From a virus (lineage: Duplodnaviria > Caudoviricetes), in the IMG/VR virus record IMGVR_UViG_3300033168_000003, positions 1-42,993 of that record: a stretch of 42,993 nucleotides of DNA, one strand, 5' to 3'. Under the pieces are notes generated by a model. The model was given only the letters and a program-made list of their open reading frames with translations. It searched no databases and had not been told where the DNA came from. Shown piece after piece: positions 5,630-14,668 of the stretch. A program made the position numbers and the translations under genes. How positions within the stretch are numbered: position 1 is the stretch's first letter; every line of letters starts with the position of its first letter.

Positions 5630-6084
5630 GCGTGATCCTTCCCGAGTAGGTTGAGGACGTGTGGCCACAGCGCCTCGACGGTGCAGGTGGGGTACAGCGG
5701 GTCGAAGCTCAGCCGGTCCCATTCCGCGAACCGGACAGCGGCGCTGTACCAGCCGTTGCCGCGGTGCCTGTTCGCGGAGTGGGTGCCGTGTACCGCGTTG
5801 TGCTGGAACTCGCCGTGGCTCCCGAGGACAGCTTCCGCGTCGGCGCTGAGCCGGTCGGCGAGCAGCACCGCGACGGCTTCCGGGTGCGTTGCTGGGGCGA
5901 GGGTGTGCATGACGTCGTGCAGGAGCGCGACGGCGATCCATTCGCTGCTGGCAGCGTCGCGTAGGGCGCGGGACGCGGTCTGCCGGGAGTGCATAAGGCT
6001 AGTGACAGCACTACGGGCAGGGTTGGGGTCGCGGTGGGTGTCGAGGTCCCCGAGGAGCACCCGCAGCAGACCGGCGCGGTTCAT
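5626..6084 (-). CDS. HD-domain metalloenzyme (PhnZ/TmpB-like branch)
   Basis: HSRQTA...ALLHD...H...HGEFQ...WDRLSFDP.Y; ATGA overlaps at both ends. Confidence 0.75.
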   Translation of the reverse strand: MNRAGLLRVLLGDLDTHRDPNPARSAVTSLMHSRQTASRALRDAASSEWIAVALLHDVMHTLAPATHPEAVAVLLADRLSADAEAVLGSHGEFQHNAVHGTHSANRHRGNGWYSAAVRFAEWDRLSFDPLYPTCTVEALWPHVLNLLGKDHA

Positions 6085-6257
6085 CGTGTATTGACCACCG
6101 ATGGGTGCCCTAGCACGCAATGCGCGCCGTTGTCCCACGTCACCCCGCCGCGAGCGTGGCAGCGATTGCTGCTTGCGTCGTCCCGCACAACGTAAAAGCA
6201 GATCACCGCCACAACTGCCGCTACCCATACACCCACGTACAGCCCGCGCAAGGTCAT
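6081..6257 (-). CDS. Small membrane protein (58 aa)
   Basis: N-terminal TM segment GLYVGVWVAAVVAVICFYVV; overlapping start and stop with neighbours. Confidence 0.65.
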   Translation of the reverse strand: MTLRGLYVGVWVAAVVAVICFYVVRDDASSNRCHARGGVTWDNGAHCVLGHPSVVNTR

Positions 6258-6781
6258 GCGTTCCACCCGTGGTCCAGGTCGAAGGCGGTCCAGTCCCCGG
6301 GAGTGACGGACCGCAGTGAACGTCGATCCGGGCACTCAAGGCCGTAGTGCGAGTACAGCCACGCTGCGTACGACGAGCAGACGACGTGTGCCGGCGGGCC
6401 TTGGCCGTGCCAGTTCTGCGCCCACAGGTGCGGGGCGCCGATGGCGTCCATGCCGTCCGCAACGATGCCGACCCAGTCATACGGCGTGCCCAGCAGAGCC
6501 TCAGCGCCGACTGCGATGTTGTACCGCTGGGTGTCCGTCTTAGGCTGGGCGCTGTTGCTGATCGTGTAGGAGCTGTGCAGGTACCGGGCTAGGTCCACCT
6601 GCCCGACCCCGCCCGGGCGGCCCTCCAGTCCCCACCAGCGGCCGCCCGCGTCTTGGTGGTGCACGACGACGACGTGGTTGTCGAGATTGGGCTGGCCGCC
6701 GAGGGCCGCGCCGAACCGGATCAGCCGGGCCGCCCAACCGGTGGTACGGACCGACCAGACGTCACCGACCGCGATCCTCAC
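6254..6781 (-). CDS. Permuted NlpC/P60 (YiiX/YebB-like) papain-fold enzyme
   Basis: NHV early, GTPYD, then VCSS late (His before Cys order); GTGA overlap. Confidence 0.75.
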   Translation of the reverse strand: MRIAVGDVWSVRTTGWAARLIRFGAALGGQPNLDNHVVVVHHQDAGGRWWGLEGRPGGVGQVDLARYLHSSYTISNSAQPKTDTQRYNIAVGAEALLGTPYDWVGIVADGMDAIGAPHLWAQNWHGQGPPAHVVCSSYAAWLYSHYGLECPDRRSLRSVTPGDWTAFDLDHGWNA

Positions 6782-7437
6782 GGCATCGGCCGGTGGCAGG
6801 TAACGGGCTGCCGGGCGACCGGGGTCAGCAGCACGCCGAGGTTCCGGGCGAGCAGCGAGCCAGAGCGGGACCTCTGCACAGCCTCGTTGAGCTTGCCGAG
6901 GAAGGCATCGGACTGGGCCTGCGCCGCGTTCCTCTCGTTGCACGCCTTGTAGTTCTGGACTTGCTGCTCATGGATGATGAGCGCACCCGTCCCAGCGAGC
7001 ACGAGGGCGAGCGCCGCGAGCGCGGATGCGATCCAATACACCCTGCGTCGGCTTGGGTTCGCAGCGGCTTCCGTCTGCGCCCGGTCCGCCTTCTCCATCG
7101 TCGCCAAGATCAGGTCGTGGAGTTCCGCGACGCTCGCCGCGAGGTCAGCTACTGACTTGCCTAAGCTGACCACATCGGCGCGGGACGCGGCCGCGCTGCG
7201 CCGGGTTTCGGTCCGGTCGATGTCAGCTTGCGTCCGATCAGCGGTTGCCCGCGTCCGGTCGGTCGTGGCTTGGTCCCGGTCGGTCGTGGCCTGCGCCCGG
7301 TCCGTGGTGGCCTGGGTCCGGTCAGTCGTAGCCCGATCAACACCAGCGTCCTGTTCGCGGGCTTCTGCGAGGTGCTCATCGACCTCATCGGTCCAGCCAG
7401 CACCGGTCGGTGGTCCCGCGTCGGGAAGGTCAGTCAT
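6778..7437 (-). CDS. Membrane-anchored coiled-coil protein with 7-aa repeats
   Basis: (Q)ATTDRx repeats; TM segment WIASALAALALVLAGTGALII; GAGAGG SD. Confidence 0.75.
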   Translation of the reverse strand: MTDLPDAGPPTGAGWTDEVDEHLAEAREQDAGVDRATTDRTQATTDRAQATTDRDQATTDRTRATADRTQADIDRTETRRSAAASRADVVSLGKSVADLAASVAELHDLILATMEKADRAQTEAAANPSRRRVYWIASALAALALVLAGTGALIIHEQQVQNYKACNERNAAQAQSDAFLGKLNEAVQRSRSGSLLARNLGVLLTPVARQPVTCHRPMP

Positions 7438-7588
7438 CGGTGTCCTCTCGAACGGAGTCGGGGTCGAGGGTGTCCTCAAGGTTGCTGACAGCGAGTTCCA
7501 GCCGGCCGGTGAGGTCGTCAAGGCCGTCGAGCAGCTTCCTCATCTCGGGTGAGAGAGACCCGGCGAATACCTCTGGCCGCCCGGCCAT
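7430..7588 (-). CDS. Small hypothetical protein (52 aa, not in ORF track)
   Basis: MAGRPEVFAGSLSPEMRKLLDGLDDLTGRLELAVSNLEDTLDPDSVREDTDD*; TGATG coupling and fills the gap between neighbours. Confidence 0.65.
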   Translation of the reverse strand: MAGRPEVFAGSLSPEMRKLLDGLDDLTGRLELAVSNLEDTLDPDSVREDTDD

Positions 7589-7953
7589 CAGTGGAACCCG
7601 CCAGCGGACGCGACGGCGACGATCAAGCTGCCGGCGACGGTGACGGCACCACCGATGCCTATCCGGATCAGCGCTGTCCGGTTCTCTTTCGCGGCCTTGT
7701 CTGCTGCTTGGGCGGCCTTGTCCGCGGCGTCCATCCGGCGGGTCAGGTCCGTGGTTGTGACCCGGACCGCTTGCTCGGCCGCGAGAGCGACCCCGGTGGC
7801 GTTCGTGCGGTCCCGGTCGTAGATCTCTTTCCGAACGTACGTGCCGTCGAGCGCTCCCAGCACCGTCTCGAACCGCCCGATGGTCTGGTCCAGCCGGGTC
7901 GTGAGGGTCTCCAGGATGTAGCGCATGACCTCCGGGTCGGAAGTTCCGGGCAT
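7588..7953 (-). CDS. Coiled-coil protein with C-terminal TM segment (lysis region)
   Basis: GGGAGG SD; C-terminal IGIGGAVTVAGSLIVAVA. Confidence 0.75.
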   Translation of the reverse strand: MPGTSDPEVMRYILETLTTRLDQTIGRFETVLGALDGTYVRKEIYDRDRTNATGVALAAEQAVRVTTTDLTRRMDAADKAAQAADKAAKENRTALIRIGIGGAVTVAGSLIVAVASAGGFH

Positions 7954-8004
7954 CTGGCCTCCCTCAACGGTCGAATGGGCAACGAGGGGGTACGGGGGTG
8001 AGGG

Positions 8005-10029
8005 CTAGAACGCGAGGGCGGCAGCGAGGCTTGTGGGGCTCAGCAGGAGCGTCACGGTCCAGCCGGTCACCCGGTCCACGGTGTGGGTGATCTTCTCGAC
8101 GTGGCAGTCCATGCTGATCGTGGGGATGGTCCGCTGGGTGACGTGCACCCGCGAACCCCGCTCGAGACTCAGGGCCGCGAGCCACGCGTTCGGGCACACC
8201 GTCGGGTCTAGGTGGGACGGCTTGAAGGTGAGCTGCCGGATGCGTTGCCGCGGGTCCTTGTACGTCGCGAGCAACGCCGAGACCCGGTTCTGGACGGCGA
8301 CGTCGGTGGCGTAGGCGTCGAGGTTCGTGCTCAGCGCGAGGGGGCGGGTGCCGTAGCGGCGCTGTGACGTGAGGTCCGCCCGGTCCAGCGGCGTGGTGAT
8401 CCGACACCCAGTGACGCTGACGTCGTTGTAGACCAGCGTCGGGTCGAAGTCGGTCGCGAGGTCGTGTTCGACGGGGATCTCCCCGAGGTCAACGCGCTCC
8501 CCGAAGGTGAACGCGACCGCCCCGGTCACGGTCCGGCTGTCACGTTGCCGGAAGGTGAGGACCCCGGCGGCGTCCGCGTAGAACGTGCCGATCTCGTCCA
8601 TGTCCGCGGTCGTCAGGACCGCGGACAGGCAACCCCCGCCGTTCGACACGACATCGACGGTGGACAGGCCCCGATCGAGGCTGACTTTCGGTGTGGGCAG
8701 GTCGGGTGTCTTGAAGTTGGTGTAGTCCAGCAGCCGGGCGATTCGAACGCCGGTCGTGTCACCCGCGAAGCCGGTCTTGCCGGCGAGGTACAGGGCGGTG
8801 TGCCGCAGGGTGCCGTTCGGCGCCGGGGTGGTCGGGATCGTGGTCGTGCGGAGGACAAGGTGCGCCACGGTGCCGATGAAGTTGCTGAAGTAGCCCCCCC
8901 CGGCGTAGATGCTGGTGATGGTCAGAATGCCGGGGGCGGCGCGTGGAGCGGCGTAGGGCGGCAGGTTGTCAACGAACGCGGTGTAGGTGCCGAACTCGAC
9001 GTTGAGGCTAACGAGGTGCGACAGGCCGTCGTGAAGGTTCCCGGAGTTCGCGGCTGGCAGCGTCGTCGTAAGACCACTGCCACCATCCGTGATCTGCAAG
9101 CGCCCGGTAGAAGGGTCAATCGTAAACGAGAAAGCGATGGCACCGTTGCCATCGAGCAGACACATGGGGCTGCGCTGAGAGTCGGCGGTTGTTGTTGCCA
9201 GCCACAGGGAAGCGCTGATCCCGGCCGTGGCGCTGACCCTCGGATAGCCACCTGCCTGCAATGCGACGTTCGCGTAGGTAGCCCCATCGAGTTGTACGGC
9301 CTGCCCGCTGTCACCCTTGGGAACGATCGAGGCGACTGACGTGTAGCCAGTGCCGTTGTTGAACCTTAGCGGCGCGTTCCACGTCCCGGCGTCAGTCTTG
9401 GCGCTGTTGACCGACGTAGCTGGACTACTCGGGTTCGGGGAGCCGACTGCCGCGAGGGTCCAGTAGTACAGCGGATTGTCGGCCAGGGTCGTGTCCTGCA
9501 CCGCCGAGCGGAACGACGCCTGCGCGAGAATGGCGAGCGCATCCACGCACACGAGGTCGGACTGCCCGAACCTGCCGCCCCGCGTCCATGCGGTGGGCCA
9601 CCGTTCCACGAACCCGGTGAATACCGGGCGGGTCACGCCTTGCCAGGTGCTGAGGATGCGGATGGGCCGGTACGGCAGGACGTACCCGGCGTAGGGGCTC
9701 GCGCCGTTCGCCGGGTCCAGGGCGCCGTCGCGGTTATCGACCGGGACCGTCATCTCACCCGTTTCGGTCCGGCCTAGTTCGTACGGCGCCCCGCGGTGCG
9801 CGGTCCACCTACCGACGACACGGCTGGTGATGTCAATCGCGCCGGTCCAGTTGATCAGGCCGCCCTTGTCGTTCGGGTCGGAGTAGGCGGCGAGCTGGAA
9901 CTGCAGGGTCGGCCAGTTCGGGTAGGCCGGCGGCGCAGCGGGGAGCGCACCGCCGTTGCGGGCGCCGAGGCGCAGCAGACCGGGGCGGGCTGGGCCGACG
10001 CCGAGACGGTCGCCCGTCAGGACGGCCAC
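8005..10029 (-). CDS. Minor tail/baseplate protein with central LamG-like domain
   Basis: DITSRV...DNRDGALDP.N..SPY, P.YYW.L and beta-rich middle region; located downstream of the TMP. Confidence 0.8.
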   Translation of the reverse strand: MAVLTGDRLGVGPARPGLLRLGARNGGALPAAPPAYPNWPTLQFQLAAYSDPNDKGGLINWTGAIDITSRVVGRWTAHRGAPYELGRTETGEMTVPVDNRDGALDPANGASPYAGYVLPYRPIRILSTWQGVTRPVFTGFVERWPTAWTRGGRFGQSDLVCVDALAILAQASFRSAVQDTTLADNPLYYWTLAAVGSPNPSSPATSVNSAKTDAGTWNAPLRFNNGTGYTSVASIVPKGDSGQAVQLDGATYANVALQAGGYPRVSATAGISASLWLATTTADSQRSPMCLLDGNGAIAFSFTIDPSTGRLQITDGGSGLTTTLPAANSGNLHDGLSHLVSLNVEFGTYTAFVDNLPPYAAPRAAPGILTITSIYAGGGYFSNFIGTVAHLVLRTTTIPTTPAPNGTLRHTALYLAGKTGFAGDTTGVRIARLLDYTNFKTPDLPTPKVSLDRGLSTVDVVSNGGGCLSAVLTTADMDEIGTFYADAAGVLTFRQRDSRTVTGAVAFTFGERVDLGEIPVEHDLATDFDPTLVYNDVSVTGCRITTPLDRADLTSQRRYGTRPLALSTNLDAYATDVAVQNRVSALLATYKDPRQRIRQLTFKPSHLDPTVCPNAWLAALSLERGSRVHVTQRTIPTISMDCHVEKITHTVDRVTGWTVTLLLSPTSLAAALAF

Positions 10030-10032
10030 GGG

Positions 10033-10797
10033 TCAGTCTCCGAGGCGGACGACGGACAGGAACGGCAGGCCGCCACCGAGGTTCGTGGGCGCCGCGGTCG
10101 TCGTGTACACCGACATGACCAGCGTGTCCCCCACGGCTAGCTGCTGCTGATCCGAGTCGCCGAGGACAACCAAGCCGTTGGTAGTCGTGGTGAACGTTAT
10201 CGGCGCGATGCGTGAGGCACCCGCCGTGACCCCGTTCTTCGTGATCCACCCGTAGGTCGAGATCGTCGCGACCGGGTTGTTGAAGCCCAACCCACCCCAC
10301 GACACCAGATACAGGCCGGCACGGCGGATCGTCGCCGTGTTCGCCGGACCAGGGTCCAAGCCAGCGCTGTCGAAGTCAAGGGTGTCGAGGGCGATGGTCG
10401 TTGTGGTGTTCGCCGGGATCGACTGCGTCACCGTCGCGTGCCTGCGCCACTTGTGCAACAGGTTCTGCTGCACTGTGCCCATCGCCCCGGCCGTCAGGTC
10501 ATGAGCCACCCGTGTCCCGACCGGCCACACCCCCGCCGGCAACGCAACGGCGTCCTCAGCCTGCCGAACCAGCGTCAACGTCGTCGTGCGGCTGTCGGTG
10601 CAGATGAACCGCTCCAGGACGGTCCCTGAGCCGTCCAGGAAGCTCCCGCGCCACTGGGACGCCGGGAACGCCGTGGGGTCCGCTACAGGCAAACCTGCGA
10701 CCGACGTGAGCACCGCTGAAGTCGCCGCTGCCGACGCGAGCGCCACCGTCAGTGTCGGATCGGTCGCGGGGGCGTTCGCGAAGACCTCAACAGGCAC
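10033..10797 (-). CDS. Tail fibre/receptor-binding-like protein (C1q-like C-terminus)
   Basis: TIRRAGLYLV...LAVGDTL C1q/TNF-like pattern; located after the TMP. Confidence 0.6.
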   Translation of the reverse strand: MPVEVFANAPATDPTLTVALASAAATSAVLTSVAGLPVADPTAFPASQWRGSFLDGSGTVLERFICTDSRTTTLTLVRQAEDAVALPAGVWPVGTRVAHDLTAGAMGTVQQNLLHKWRRHATVTQSIPANTTTTIALDTLDFDSAGLDPGPANTATIRRAGLYLVSWGGLGFNNPVATISTYGWITKNGVTAGASRIAPITFTTTTNGLVVLGDSDQQQLAVGDTLVMSVYTTTAAPTNLGGGLPFLSVVRLGD

Positions 10798-13477
10798 GAC
10801 TGCTCCCCCTACTCATCGTTGTCGAGGGATGCGGGTTACGGCCCTGGTACTGCAACTCATGGGTCTGGACGCTGCGGTGGATCTCCCGGCCGTCCAAGTG
10901 GACGTGCATATGCACCACCGCGACCGCCGGCTTGGACTGGCCCGCCCCTGGTTTGCACATCGGGATGCACGCCGGCACCGCGCCGTGGTGCGGTGCGCGA
11001 GCCTGGTGCGGCTGGTGCGGATGCCCCGCGTGTGGCGTGGCGCCGCCACTGTGATGGCGGGGGTGATGAGTTCGGCCCCCGTGGTGTTCGCTGCGGTCCG
11101 CGATCGCATCCCTAGCTGCCTGCACCGCGTCCCGCGCCGCCTCAGAGATCATGCCGTGGGTGGAACGCATGCCGTGCGCATAACCCTGCCCGGCGTGCCT
11201 GCCGAGGTTGTGGAACATCCGCGACGGGCTGTGGGACTGCTGCGCGGACTGAACCGCCGCCATCGCTGCCGCGGCGATGTTCGCCCCAGCGTTCGACGCC
11301 TGCTGGATCATGCCTTGCATGCCGTTGACGTAGCCCTGGCCGGCGTTCTGCCCGAGCTGGTCGAACCCACCGACACTCGACACACCACCCCGGGCGCTCA
11401 TCGCCAGGTTCTGGCCGGCTTGGCCCGCGAGCCCGACGTGCGCCGCTACTCCCTCGACAACACCCGCACCTATCCGCTGACCGCCCGCCCGAACCCGGTC
11501 GAGCTGGGACCGGACGCCAGCGTCAACGGCCTGCGTCATGATCTTTGCCGCATCGCCCGCTGGCAGGCGGGCGTCCCGGAGCACCTGCGGGAGCGTCTTG
11601 CCGTACTTGTCGGCAATCGCCTGATACGCCGGGAGCCGATCCAGGATGCCGGCCTTCAGCGCCTGCCCGGTCAACGCCGACTGGTAAGCGGTCTGCTTCG
11701 CCGCCGCTTCCATTCGGGTCTTCATGCCGTCTTGCAGCTTGCTGATCGTGTCGAGGGCGCCGTCCTTGAACCCGCGGAAGGCGCGGTCGGCCGCTTTCAG
11801 CTTGCCTCCGAGACCCGGCACCCACCCGAGCATTAGAGCGGCTGCGTGCAAGATTCCGCCAGCCGTCTCCAGCCAGAACTCCGCCAGCGTGTGTAGGTAA
11901 CCCAAGATCAGGTAAACCGCGGCGTAGAAGCCAGTCTTAACGACGTCAATGACCTTCAGGACAACGTCCCGGAACGACTCCGAGTGTTGCCACGCGTATG
12001 CGAAACCGGCGACCAGCAGTGTAAGCGCGGCGATGACCGCCAGGATCGGCCAGGTCGCGGCGATAGTGGCGGCGGCCGCGGCGACCATGGAGACGGTGTA
12101 GGCGGCGAGCGCTATCAGCATCGCCCCGCCTAGGAAGCCAGCCAGCGCGGTCGCGGTAGCCGTGTGCTTCCCGAGCCACGCCACGACTTCAGTGACGATC
12201 TGGACAACGCGCCGAAAGGCCGGGAGCAACGCCGTCCCCAATCGGATGGCCAGCGTCGACACGGAAGCCTTCAGCGCGTCGATCGCGAACGCCGCTGTGT
12301 GATGCGTCGCCTCGACGTCCTGCCCGAAGTTCTTCGCCGCGACGCTTTGCGCGTCGAACTTCTGCTTCAGGACGTCCAGGTGCGCGTACAAGCTCATGAT
12401 CGCGGCGCCGGACCGGCCGCCACCGAACGCCTTGGAGATCAGGGTGGCGGCCTGCGACGCGGACAGCCCGGAGTTCGCCAGGTGCGTCTTGAGGTCCTGC
12501 AGCGCGACACCGAGGCCGTTGGGCTGCTTGAGGTCGTGCGAGAGTTGCAGCGTCGTCAGCCCGGACTTCTTCAGCGCCGCGGTCATCGCGCCGGTCCGTG
12601 CGTGTACTTCCTCGGCGCTGATCCCGATGGCCTTCAACAGACCGGCGGCCTTGCCTGAGGGCGCACCGAGCAGGGCGAAGCTCATCTTCAGTCGGGTGGC
12701 GCTCTCGTCCGCCTTCGACCCGCGGTCCGTCAGGTAGGCCAGGGCGGCGCCGGCGGACTGCAAGCTGATCCCGAACGTGTCGGCGGCGGCAAGGAACCCG
12801 GAGCCGATCGCGCCGTTCAGGTCCTGCATCCGCATGTCGCCGGTACCGACGATCGCGTTGAGCTGGGCCATGGTCCGGCCCGCATCGGAGGCTTTCAGGC
12901 CGAAGGTGTTCATCACCGACGTCAGGGCGTAGGTCGTCGCGTCCAGGTCGGCGTTGCCGACCTTCGCGCCGTCAGCGGAGGCCTTCAGCACCTTCATGGC
13001 GTCCGCACCGCGGTAGCCGACGCTTTCGATGTGGTACAGGCCCTCAGCGAGCTTTGTCGGGCCGATCCCGACTGCCGGGGCCATCGCCAGGACCGCGCCG
13101 GTGAGGTTCTTCACCTCGGCCTGCGACGCGCCGGCCTGGGTGTGGATCAGCTCCATCTGCTTCTCGAACTCGACCGCGCTGTAGATCGAACCGACGAAGA
13201 TGGCGGCAGCGGCCAGCCCCAAGCCCTTGAAGGACTGCTTGCCGCGCTCGGCAGCGGCCGTCCACCGGTTGCCGCTTCGCTCCACATCACCAGCGGCCCG
13301 GGCGGCAGCGCCACCAGCGACCGCACTGGCCTCACCCGCACTGACCGTCGCGACCTTCGCCCGCTCGGCAGCGGCCGCGGCTTCGGTGCCGGCAACTGTC
13401 GCCCGTTCATACGCACCGACCGCGGACGTGCTGTTGCCGATGAGGTTGATGACAAGATCGGTGACGTCTTCAGCCAC
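10787..13477 (-). CDS. Tape measure protein (TP901-like)
   Basis: 896 aa, Ala-rich and helical; FEKQM..., LY.I.S.G, SPSRMF, VHLDGREI motifs; hydrophobic segments. Confidence 0.92.
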   Translation of the reverse strand: MAEDVTDLVINLIGNSTSAVGAYERATVAGTEAAAAAERAKVATVSAGEASAVAGGAAARAAGDVERSGNRWTAAAERGKQSFKGLGLAAAAIFVGSIYSAVEFEKQMELIHTQAGASQAEVKNLTGAVLAMAPAVGIGPTKLAEGLYHIESVGYRGADAMKVLKASADGAKVGNADLDATTYALTSVMNTFGLKASDAGRTMAQLNAIVGTGDMRMQDLNGAIGSGFLAAADTFGISLQSAGAALAYLTDRGSKADESATRLKMSFALLGAPSGKAAGLLKAIGISAEEVHARTGAMTAALKKSGLTTLQLSHDLKQPNGLGVALQDLKTHLANSGLSASQAATLISKAFGGGRSGAAIMSLYAHLDVLKQKFDAQSVAAKNFGQDVEATHHTAAFAIDALKASVSTLAIRLGTALLPAFRRVVQIVTEVVAWLGKHTATATALAGFLGGAMLIALAAYTVSMVAAAAATIAATWPILAVIAALTLLVAGFAYAWQHSESFRDVVLKVIDVVKTGFYAAVYLILGYLHTLAEFWLETAGGILHAAALMLGWVPGLGGKLKAADRAFRGFKDGALDTISKLQDGMKTRMEAAAKQTAYQSALTGQALKAGILDRLPAYQAIADKYGKTLPQVLRDARLPAGDAAKIMTQAVDAGVRSQLDRVRAGGQRIGAGVVEGVAAHVGLAGQAGQNLAMSARGGVSSVGGFDQLGQNAGQGYVNGMQGMIQQASNAGANIAAAAMAAVQSAQQSHSPSRMFHNLGRHAGQGYAHGMRSTHGMISEAARDAVQAARDAIADRSEHHGGRTHHPRHHSGGATPHAGHPHQPHQARAPHHGAVPACIPMCKPGAGQSKPAVAVVHMHVHLDGREIHRSVQTHELQYQGRNPHPSTTMSRGSSRAC

Positions 13478-13492
13478 AGCGCACCCCTGCCT

Positions 13493-13909
13493 CTATCGGG
13501 CGCGGAACGCCGCGCGGAACGCGGCCTCAGCGACGGGGACGACGATGGTCTTGAGGAACCGGGACGTGGGGGCCATGAACTCGTAGCCGAGCTTCTCGAC
13601 CCACTTGCCGTACGGCGCGGACCCTGCGACACCGATCCGGGTGGTGAACACGGTGCCTTCGCGGGTCACCCGGTCGTGGGTGACGCTGCGCACTAGATTG
13701 CCGGAGATTCTGGCCGGCCCGGTCTCGTAGCGGGTCGCGGGTGTCTTGGTGCCTTTGCGGTGCGCACCGCTACTGGCGTTGAGCTTCGCCTGTCGTTCGC
13801 CGGCAAGCGCGACCGCCAGGACGGCCTGCTGCATCGCAATGCCCGTCGTGGCCGACAGCCGCGCCTCAAGGCGCACGACGGCGGCGGTAGTGAACTCCTC
13901 AGCCACCAC
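13493..13909 (-). CDS. HK97 gp10-like tail component
   Basis: P..ISGNLVRSV...YGKWVE.G..FM.P pattern. Confidence 0.65.
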   Translation of the reverse strand: MVAEEFTTAAVVRLEARLSATTGIAMQQAVLAVALAGERQAKLNASSGAHRKGTKTPATRYETGPARISGNLVRSVTHDRVTREGTVFTTRIGVAGSAPYGKWVEKLGYEFMAPTSRFLKTIVVPVAEAAFRAAFRAR

Positions 13910-14260
13910 GAGCCTCCTGCGCCGCTACCGCAGCCTGCGCGGCGGCTATCTCGTCCTGGGCGCCTCTGCGGTCCTGGTCGGTCGGCGGGGTCGCGGCTTG
14001 CTGGCGTTCGCTGCGTTCAGCTTCGATGAGGCGCCGGACCATCAGGAACTGGAACCACAGCCGCCGGATCAGCAGCGGTGTTGCCTGTACCTGCTCCCAT
14101 GTCCACCCGAACGCCTCAGCGAGCTCGAAGTCAACGCCGTGCCCAGGCAGTGGGTAGGCGGCGGGGACACCCCGGTCGTCAAGGGCACCGTCCGGGTTGA
14201 GTTCGCCACTCGCCCACCGGCGGTAGTCCTCGGTGATCTGCTCGACGGGGTCTAGAGAGG
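13899..14260 (-). CDS. Tail assembly chaperone C-terminal extension (gpT-like), probably via -1 frameshift
   Basis: Open -1 frame overlapping the end of 14252..14578; LAEAFGWTWEQVQATP is typical of gpT segments; no clear start of its own. Confidence 0.6.
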
Positions 14261-14578
14261 GTCGGAGACGGCCTGGACCTGCGCCACAATCCACCTAGTG
14301 ATCTTCGCTGAGCACAAGGCGATGGTGTGCTCGTCGGGGTCGCCCAGCACCGCCGGGCTGTCGCTCTCGTCGGTGGTGTCGTAGACGTTCCAGTCCACGA
14401 CGAACGAGGCGAGCCACCGGTCCGCTGCCTCTGTCTGCTTACCCCGGTCCTTGATCTTGGAGATGTCGGTCTTGGGGGCGAGTTGCGCGTCGGTGCAGAA
14501 GTCCGGGTTTTTGATCGTCACGTATACGTCGTCGCCGAGCGCCTCGAAGGTTTGGGTGATCGTTCGGTTGCTGCTCAT
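14252..14578 (-). CDS. Tail assembly chaperone (gpG-like)
   Basis: GGAGA SD; VVDWNV motif; ends DPL*; lies between tail tube and TMP. Confidence 0.75.
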   Translation of the reverse strand: MSSNRTITQTFEALGDDVYVTIKNPDFCTDAQLAPKTDISKIKDRGKQTEAADRWLASFVVDWNVYDTTDESDSPAVLGDPDEHTIALCSAKITRWIVAQVQAVSDPL

Positions 14579-14668
14579 CTGCGGTCTCCAGGGTTGGTTG
14601 GTGCTCTCACCCGCCCGCACCTGTTCCTGGAGAAGCCAGGCACGGACGGGTGAGGCGCTACAGGGGGG

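Noticed and set aside
10586-11836. Long plus-strand ORFs opposite structural and early genes (also 4733..5635, 8464..9339, 19719..20651, 22279..23049, 34501..35493)
   Set aside because: No recognisable motifs; expected shadow ORFs in very GC-rich DNA, unlike 3121..3984 and 1554..2045, which carry nuclease motifs.
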